NCBI RefSeq assembly: GCF_000237865.1
Contig: NC_017459.1
Coordinates: 2,460,001 to 2,492,000 of the forward strand
Direction: 5' to 3'
Source: Haloquadratum walsbyi C23
GTDB taxonomy: Archaea; Halobacteriota; Halobacteria; Halobacteriales; Haloferacaceae
Length of the DNA: 32,000 nucleotides
Part shown: positions 25,762 through 32,000 of the stretch, one piece after another
How positions within the stretch are numbered: the stretch's first letter is position 1
Layout of the letters: every line of letters starts with the position of its first letter
The notes under the pieces: model-generated
Told to the model about the DNA's origin: nothing
Database searches by the model: none
The model's input: the letters and a program-made list of their open reading frames with translations, nothing else
Translations under genes and position numbers: made by a program

Positions 25762-26973
25762 ATGCAAACAGTCATTCTCGCTGCCGGCAAGGGGACACGA
25801 ATGCGACCGCTCACTGAGTCAACCGCAAAACCGATGCTTCCTGTTGTCGGTGAACCGATTGCAGCGCATACAGCACAAGCAGCAATCAATGCCGGGGCAT
25901 CACGTCTCATCTTTGTTATTGGGTATGAAGCAGAGTCGGTGAAAGAATACTTTGGAGAATCATATCAGGACACTCCCGTCGCATATGCAACACAGACAGA
26001 ACAACGCGGAACAGCAGATGCAGTTCGGGCTGCAAAAGCAGAACTGACTGAAGACCCATTTGTCGTCCTCAATGGCGACAATCTGTATGATGTCTCTTCA
26101 CTGGAGTCACTCTATGCATCTGCACCATCGATTGGGACTGTTCGTGTCGAGAATCCAAGCGCGTATGGAGTGCTTGAGATCACTGAGGATAATGAGAGTG
26201 AATCGGATATGTCTAAGCGCGTAAGCGGTGTTGTTGAGAAGCCTGCGAATCCGCCGTCGAACCGAATTAACGCTGGGGCATACGCATTCCCTGAAGCGGC
26301 ACGGGGATGGCTTGACGTCGATCCAAGCGAACGTGATGAATACGAGCTCACTGATACACTGCAACAAACCTGTGAGTCAGTCTCGGTCACTCCAGTGGAT
26401 ATTGACCGATGGCTGGATGTTGGTCGTCCATGGGAATATCTCGAAGCAAACGAATGGAAATTGAGTGAGTGTCGTCCCCGATTTGAGGGTGATGTCAGTC
26501 CAGATGCAGACCTCCGAGGAAGTGTTGTTGTTGAATCTGGCGCGACAATTGAGCCGGGAGTCGTCATTGACGGTCCTGTCTACATCGCCAGTGGTGCAAC
26601 AGTTGGTCCGAATGCATACATCCGGGGGGCGACTGTGATTGGACCGGGTGCCCACATCGGTCATGCTGTTGAGATTAAAAATAGTGTCCTTCGTTCGGAG
26701 ACATCTGTTGGGCATCTATCATATGTTGGCGACAGTATTCTTGGATGTAACGTGAACTTCGGGGCTGGAACGACGGTTGCAAATCTCCGTCATGATGATG
26801 CTGATATCAAACAGACGGTGAAGGGTGAGCGGATATCAACAGGACGGCGAAAATTCGGTGTTGTCTGTGGGGAGGGCGTCAAGACTGGAATCAATACGAG
26901 TCTGTCACCAGGTGTGACGCTTAGTTGTGAAGCACGAACCGAGCCTGGTGAGACGATAACCCGCGATCGGTGA
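25762..26973 (+). CDS. second GlmU-like bifunctional sugar-1-phosphate nucleotidylyltransferase/acetyltransferase
   Basis: N-terminus VILAAGKGTRMRPLTESTAKPMLP and GTADAV. C-terminal hexapeptide repeats (IEPGVVIDGPVYIASGATVGPNAYIRGATVIGPGAHIGHAVEIKNS...). Confidence 0.85.
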   Translation: MQTVILAAGKGTRMRPLTESTAKPMLPVVGEPIAAHTAQAAINAGASRLIFVIGYEAESVKEYFGESYQDTPVAYATQTEQRGTADAVRAAKAELTEDPFVVLNGDNLYDVSSLESLYASAPSIGTVRVENPSAYGVLEITEDNESESDMSKRVSGVVEKPANPPSNRINAGAYAFPEAARGWLDVDPSERDEYELTDTLQQTCESVSVTPVDIDRWLDVGRPWEYLEANEWKLSECRPRFEGDVSPDADLRGSVVVESGATIEPGVVIDGPVYIASGATVGPNAYIRGATVIGPGAHIGHAVEIKNSVLRSETSVGHLSYVGDSILGCNVNFGAGTTVANLRHDDADIKQTVKGERISTGRRKFGVVCGEGVKTGINTSLSPGVTLSCEARTEPGETITRDR

Positions 26974-27032
26974 CACACCACGTGTCGAGATTTTTCCTAA
27001 GATGATGGGAAAGAAGTTGTACGCAAGCGTCG

Positions 27033-27275
27033 TTAATTGTCGACAGCGTATCGCTCAGCCTGTTGATTAATCAACTCACGTTCGCGTAGTGTTGAGAGAA
27101 TGCTATACAACGAGAGCTTCTGCATATCAAGTGCTGATTGAAGCTCTGAGAGCGTTGTCTCACCGTTCGCTGATAAAAATAGATACACAAGTTTCGCTCT
27201 AGGAGAGGTCAGTTCTGAAGGCACTGACGGCGTTTCAAGTGACGGTGTTGATTCAGTATTAAACGCGTGCTGCAT
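27033..27275 (-). CDS. small winged-helix (TrmB/MarR-like) DNA-binding protein
   Basis: 80 aa with SPRAKLVYLFLSANGETTLSELQSALDMQKLSLYSILSTLRERELI. Confidence 0.6.
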   Translation of the reverse strand: MQHAFNTESTPSLETPSVPSELTSPRAKLVYLFLSANGETTLSELQSALDMQKLSLYSILSTLRERELINQQAERYAVDN

Positions 27276-27765
27276 TGGTATATTTTTGTGTTTATTTTCG
27301 ACGATAATAAAACTCGCTGACGACGATTGTCGAAGTGCTCAACTCAAACCAGTCATGAACCATTCACTGTATAGCACTTCATCAACCCCGCAACATGGAT
27401 CGAACACAATAGAATATTCAACAGAGATTCCCGAGTTATCTCATCATGTGGGCTCAGATTTAGCTATTTATCGAATTACTCAATAGTTGACAGTCGATAG
27501 CTAACGAGTGCAGATAACGAGATATGATCATGGAGACACACAGCGGCGCAACTAGTGTCGACCTCGCATACATATACTCATCAACAATCAACAGAGTAAG
27601 TCTAATGTTATCGGATAATGTCTGGTGTGGGTCATCATGAGTCGACGCACGGCTCAGGACTGATTTACAATATAATAGCAATTATCGGCTTAAATATGAG
27701 TATAAACCAAAATCAAAGTCAAAATGCAAATTTAACTCCGAAAATATAGTGTAAAGCCGCCGGAT

Positions 27766-29613
27766 TCAGTAGCTTCGAATCTTCGGTTCGTATTTCTTCG
27801 ATTCGCCTTCAAGAATCACAGGTTTATACCACAGTTCTGGTGACCCATCATTCCATGAGAGAAGGGTATGTTTCAGCCAACTTTGGTCATCGCGTTCTTG
27901 ATGTTGTTTTCGCCAATGAGCGCCACGGAATTCATCGCGAGCAAGCGCACCAAGCGTGATTGCCTCTGCAAGGTCGATAATATTCCGCGTTTCAATCGTG
28001 TGCAAGAGATCAGTGTTGAACGTGCGTGATTGATCGGCAACCCCAACGTTCTGATATGCACGCCGTGCATTACGGATGTCCTCAACCGCTTGTTTGAGAC
28101 TTTCTTCCTCTCGGAAGACGTTCACATTCTCCGTCATCGTTGATTGAACGGCATCACGGATTTCCGAGTGATTGCGACCGTCATCATTTGCAAGAAGTGA
28201 ATCAACGTGGGTTCGTGCCTCCTCAGTTGCGCGCTCAACGAGTCCTGTCGGGGATTGTGCTGCAGTAGACGCTGCAGCAGTTCCACCGTCAGCCACAGCA
28301 TCCCCAGATGGACGGACCGATCCTGGTTCAACAGGGGTATCAACTGCGCCGGGTTCCCAATCACCGCGTTTGCCGGTCGGAATCTCTGCTCTGCCCAAAT
28401 CACGACCAGCAGCGTGATGACCAGCGCGTGCTCCGAAAACAATGAGTTCTGGAAGCGCATTTCCACCGAGTCGATTTGATCCATGCACAGATGCACAAGC
28501 ACACTCACCAGCAGCGTACAGACCTGTAATACAGGTTTCACCGTTCTCATCAGTCTCGATGCCACCCATTGCATAATGCTGACCAGGCTTGACTGGCATC
28601 GGTTCTTCAAGTGGATTCACACCCTCGAAGTCGGCTGAAAGATGGATAATATTCTCAAGTCGGTCGGTGATTCGATCCTCACCAAGATGACGCATATCAA
28701 GATGGACATATTCGTCCTCAATCCCACGACCCTCATTGACCTCTGTTAATTCCGCTCGAGAAACAACATCGCGGGATGCGAGTTCACCATCATTATTAGC
28801 GTATCCATGTTCGTACATGAACCGCTCACCCTCATCATTATACAGGATACCGCCTTCACCACGAACACCTTCAGTAATGAGCACACCCGTAGACGGCAAT
28901 GTCGTTGGGTGGAACTGGATGAATTCCATATCTTCAAGCGGTGCACCAGCACGGTAAGCCATTGCAACACCATCGCCAGTATTGGCGACTGCATTCGTTG
29001 TATGATCATATACCTGTCCAAGACCACCGGTTGCAAGAATCACACCGTTTCTTGCTTGGAAGCCCTCAATCGAACCGGACTGAATATCATATCCAACGAC
29101 GCCATGACAGCGGCGATCCTCAGGGCGTTCATCATCAGTTACCGCAAGATCAAGCACATGCCATTCATCATAGACCTCGATTCCGCGCTTGACTAACTGC
29201 TCATACATCGTATGAAGCAATTGATGACCGGTTTCGGCACCTGCATATGTTGTTCGTGGGAATGATAACCCACCGAATGGACGTTGGCTGACGCGACCAT
29301 CATCATCGCGTGAAAACGCCATCCCCCAGTGTTCGAGTTGAATGACTTCTTCGGGGCTATCTTGCGCCAGTGTTTCGATTGCTGGTGCATCCCCAAGATA
29401 ATCAGAGCCCTTCATGGTATCGTAGGCGTGATCCTCCCAGGAATCACCCTCACGAAGGGCAGCGTTGATTCCACCTTCTGCGGCGCCAGTATGGCTTCGC
29501 ACCGGATGGAGTTTTGAGACAATCGCCACGTCGGCTCCTTCTTCTTGTGCTGCGATGGCTGCGCGGAGTCCTGCGCCTCCTGCGCCCACCACAATGACAT
29601 CGTGTTCGTGCAT
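27766..29613 (-). CDS. sdhA: succinate dehydrogenase flavoprotein subunit
   Basis: N-terminus HDVIVVGAGGAGLRAA (FAD fold), SHTGAAEGGINAA and RLGGNAL. 615 aa. Confidence 0.95.
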   Translation of the reverse strand: MHEHDVIVVGAGGAGLRAAIAAQEEGADVAIVSKLHPVRSHTGAAEGGINAALREGDSWEDHAYDTMKGSDYLGDAPAIETLAQDSPEEVIQLEHWGMAFSRDDDGRVSQRPFGGLSFPRTTYAGAETGHQLLHTMYEQLVKRGIEVYDEWHVLDLAVTDDERPEDRRCHGVVGYDIQSGSIEGFQARNGVILATGGLGQVYDHTTNAVANTGDGVAMAYRAGAPLEDMEFIQFHPTTLPSTGVLITEGVRGEGGILYNDEGERFMYEHGYANNDGELASRDVVSRAELTEVNEGRGIEDEYVHLDMRHLGEDRITDRLENIIHLSADFEGVNPLEEPMPVKPGQHYAMGGIETDENGETCITGLYAAGECACASVHGSNRLGGNALPELIVFGARAGHHAAGRDLGRAEIPTGKRGDWEPGAVDTPVEPGSVRPSGDAVADGGTAAASTAAQSPTGLVERATEEARTHVDSLLANDDGRNHSEIRDAVQSTMTENVNVFREEESLKQAVEDIRNARRAYQNVGVADQSRTFNTDLLHTIETRNIIDLAEAITLGALARDEFRGAHWRKQHQERDDQSWLKHTLLSWNDGSPELWYKPVILEGESKKYEPKIRSY

Positions 29614-29669
29614 GGATATCTAAATTATTATAAGCAATTTTTACAATGTTCGGACTTGACTTTAATGTT

Positions 29670-30542
29670 TCACCAAAATTTAAGATTGTTTTTGACAGCC
29701 TCACGTTTGAGCTCCTGAATATGTTCGGTCAGTGGAATATCTTTTGGACAGACATCAGTACAGGAGAACTGCGTTTGACACCGCCAGACGCCATTTTCTC
29801 GTTCAATAATCTCAAGTCGCTCTTGTTTCATTTCATCACCCTCTCGTTCGTCCATAGTGAATCGATATGCCTTATTGATTGCAGCAGGACCGAGATAATC
29901 GTTATTACCGGCAGCCACATTACATGAAGACATACACGCACCACACCAGATACAGCGCGTTGACATCTTGACTTTCTCGCGATTTTGTCGTGATTGACGT
30001 TGTTCTTCAAGTTCGCCCTCTGGAAGGTCATCAGTCTGGAAGTATGGTTCGACCGACTCCATTTGGTCATAGAAGTGCTCCATATCGACGACAAGATCCT
30101 TGACGACATCCTGATGTGGAAGGGGTTCGACGCGAACTGGCTCTTCAAGATCCGATAATTGCGTCTTACAACACAGTCGTTGTTTCCCATTGACGAACAT
30201 TGCGTCGGATCCACAGATTGCCTGTCGACAAGAATGCCGGAAGGTGAGACTGGAATCATAATTATCCCGAGCGTACATCAGCGCATCAAGAACAGTCATG
30301 CCCTTATGATAGGGGACATGGAAGTCATCAAATCGAGGTTCTTGTTTCGCTGCAATCTCAGGATCATAGCGGAAAACCTTCAGGACGTATGTATCCTCAT
30401 CCTCGTGTGAGTCATCGTGTTCTGTATCAGTCTCGATCTCACTAAGTGGATCTGTGAGTGGTGCTTGCGGTGGGGAAGACTCTTTTTCAACCTCGCTGGT
30501 GGTCGTTTCATCTTCGGTTTGTTGTGGGAGTTGTGTGCTCAT
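29670..30542 (-). CDS. sdhB: succinate dehydrogenase iron-sulfur subunit
   Basis: Cys clusters CRQAICGSDAMFVNGKQRLCC, CIWCGACMSSC and CTDVCPK. Acidic N-terminal extension. Confidence 0.95.
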   Translation of the reverse strand: MSTQLPQQTEDETTTSEVEKESSPPQAPLTDPLSEIETDTEHDDSHEDEDTYVLKVFRYDPEIAAKQEPRFDDFHVPYHKGMTVLDALMYARDNYDSSLTFRHSCRQAICGSDAMFVNGKQRLCCKTQLSDLEEPVRVEPLPHQDVVKDLVVDMEHFYDQMESVEPYFQTDDLPEGELEEQRQSRQNREKVKMSTRCIWCGACMSSCNVAAGNNDYLGPAAINKAYRFTMDEREGDEMKQERLEIIERENGVWRCQTQFSCTDVCPKDIPLTEHIQELKREAVKNNLKFW

Positions 30543-30714
30543 TGGTGACGGTAATGGTGATTACGGTTGCGATTGCGATTAATACGATATCGAGAGATGT
30601 AATGTGTTTGTCGGATTCTGCTGATTGAATCTATCGGTTTCGGTGATAGTATCTCAGTTATCTTGTGAGTGCCAAACACACATAATCTGTTGGATTGAAT
30701 CTGATTCGACGTGG

Positions 30715-31086
30715 TTAGATTGGTATCCCGCCAGCCCACGCAATTGCGGTTCGGACGCCCTGTACAATCAAGACGATACTGGCTACGCCAAGAACGACCT
30801 TTGTTGCTTTTCGCCGGGTGCCTGAGAGGCCCTGGTTAATCAGCGCATTATAAACGCCGTTGACGCCATGGAATGTTGCAGTGACAAGAAAGAGGATCAT
30901 CAACGAGAAATACGTCAATTCCTGCATTCGCCCCTGTGACATCGCGAAGGTAACCTCATCAGCATGGTGGACAAAGTGAAGTAAGAAGAAATGAAATGCT
31001 AATACCACCACGAGGAATGCCGCCGTGATGCGCTGCCACAGCCATCGACGACCGCCGCGTTTGAATGAAGAGTAGTGTTCTGCCAT
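30715..31086 (-). CDS. sdhD: succinate dehydrogenase membrane subunit D
   Basis: 123-aa hydrophobic protein (WLWQRITAAFLVVVLAFHFFLLHF). One-nt overlap (TAATG) with sdhC. Position within the sdh cluster supports the call. Confidence 0.8.
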   Translation of the reverse strand: MAEHYSSFKRGGRRWLWQRITAAFLVVVLAFHFFLLHFVHHADEVTFAMSQGRMQELTYFSLMILFLVTATFHGVNGVYNALINQGLSGTRRKATKVVLGVASIVLIVQGVRTAIAWAGGIPI

Positions 31087-31493
31087 TATCCAAACACCCC
31101 TGCAAGGAATGTCGGCACGCTTGCAATCACAATCGCACCGGTAAGAATTAACGATGCGTAAAAACTCTGATCTTGCCCGCTAATCCCGACGCCAAGGTCA
31201 ACGAAAAGAAGTCGAAGTCCGTTGAGAATATGAAAGACGGAAACTGCAAGGAGACCGACCTCAAGTAATCGGACGATTAACAGACTCTCGAGCGACTGAA
31301 TCGTTGTTGTGTATGCTTCAGGGCTCTGTAACGCTGTTGAGAGAACGGCAATATGCGTGAACAGATAGCCCACGAGGACCCAACCCGTGAACTTGTGGAA
31401 TACCCAGGCCCACATGCCGGCTGAGAACTCTCGCCATCGGCCGAAATCCTCGACGAGGCCTCGATTGTAAGACTGACTCATAGCCAGCATCAT
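31086..31493 (-). CDS. sdhC: succinate dehydrogenase cytochrome b subunit C
   Basis: Hydrophobic, with [20 protein letters not shown]. The start is ambiguous between ATGs at 31493, 31490 and 31481 (MSQSYNRG). Confidence 0.8.
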   Translation of the reverse strand: MMLAMSQSYNRGLVEDFGRWREFSAGMWAWVFHKFTGWVLVGYLFTHIAVLSTALQSPEAYTTTIQSLESLLIVRLLEVGLLAVSVFHILNGLRLLFVDLGVGISGQDQSFYASLILTGAIVIASVPTFLAGVFG

Positions 31494-31595
31494 TTCTGAA
31501 TGGTGGGGATATAGTCCTTACGTGTGTAATTTGTGGCTTTCAGGATCATAAATTACTACTCACTAATGAGTGAAGTGCTGCATTTATATATTATA

Positions 31596-31657
31596 TCGAT
31601 AATTTCGATAATACGCGAATAGAGATACGTCGATTATCGAATACGTAACCTATCGAT
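31596..31657. promoter_or_regulatory. cluster of TCGATAAT/ATCGAT sites upstream of sdhC
   Basis: tcgataat at 31596..31603 and 31605..31612, the palindromic tcgattatcga at 31630..31640, and atcgat at 31652..31657. They lie 100-175 nt upstream of the sdhC start. Confidence 0.3.
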
Positions 31658-31770
31658 TTTGTGATTTACTGTGAGATATAAAAGATGACGAGCGGACCAC
31701 TTCTGAATACGGTAAGACATTTTTTATACTTGGATATAGGGTAACGTGTGAGATGGGGCACATATTTGAT

Positions 31771-32000
31771 TCATGTTAGTTTCTCGAATAGATTATCCGC
31801 GTGTTTCCACCGATCAAGCGCGAACACGACAGCGCTGATTAAGATTGCTGTGACAAGCACGCGAACATCGGATGTGATATACAAACTTGGAGTCAGTGGA
31901 CGCCACCAACTGAACGGATAAAGCCAGAATCCAGAGCGACCATCAGCAAACACCCGCAACCCATCGACAACGAGTGAACTGAACGCACCAAAGAGACAAA
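31771..32000 (-). CDS. partial CDS (C-terminal part) of a hydrophobic protein; the frame stays open to the window edge
   Basis: Hand translation upstream of the track start (TTG at 31959) continues without a stop: ...CLFGAFSSLVVDGLRVFADGRSGFWLYPFSWW... Confidence 0.4.
   Translation of the reverse strand, partial: CLFGAFSSLVVDGLRVFADGRSGFWLYPFSWWRPLTPSLYITSDVRVLVTAILISAVVFALDRWKHADNLFEKLT

Noticed and set aside
27276-27765. ORFs 27286..27486 (+) and 27460..27681 (-) in the AT-rich gap downstream of sdhA
   Set aside because: Low-complexity, AT-rich sequence with no motifs. It is more likely intergenic.
30390-30542. Acidic roughly 50-aa N-terminal extension of SdhB as an anomaly
   Set aside because: As far as I recall, haloarchaeal SdhB proteins are commonly about 290-300 aa with acidic N-termini. 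I cannot show that this one is unusual without a comparison.

Overview
This looks like a haloarchaeal chromosome segment: acidic proteins, ATGA/GTGA overlapping gene junctions and sdhC-D-B-A order. It has two compositionally distinct halves.

Positions 1 to about 15,600 are a GC-rich mosaic containing:
- a 964-aa orphan protein with winged-helix-like segments, next to an AT-rich islet and a PhiH1-repressor-like gene;
- about ten type II toxin-antitoxin modules or remnants (TumE/DUF6516-like x3, MNT-HepT x2, DUF433-DUF5615 x2, VapBC, UPF0175, HicAB). The toxin partner is almost always frameshifted, truncated or missing, while the antitoxin ORF is intact;
- four diverged, decayed copies of an AglF-like sugar-1-phosphate nucleotidyltransferase gene that punctuate this array;
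- an archaeal ATPase gene broken by a single in-frame TAG;
- a roughly 0.5-kb non-coding stretch carrying repeated copies of a motif whose best copy is a perfect 16-bp palindrome.

Positions about 15,600 to 32,000 are lower in G+C and look like native backbone:
- an SQD1/Agl3-like UDP-sulfoquinovose synthase operon with two further SDR epimerase/dehydratases;
- a TrmB-family regulator;
- two GlmU-like bifunctional nucleotidyltransferase/acetyltransferases flanking glmS;
- an RNA-ligase gene broken by one in-frame TGA;
- sdhCDBA.

I recognised no rRNA, tRNA, CRISPR array or intact transposase/integrase. All family names come from recognising motifs by eye and from hand translation. No database search was run, so lesion coordinates are approximate to a few nucleotides.
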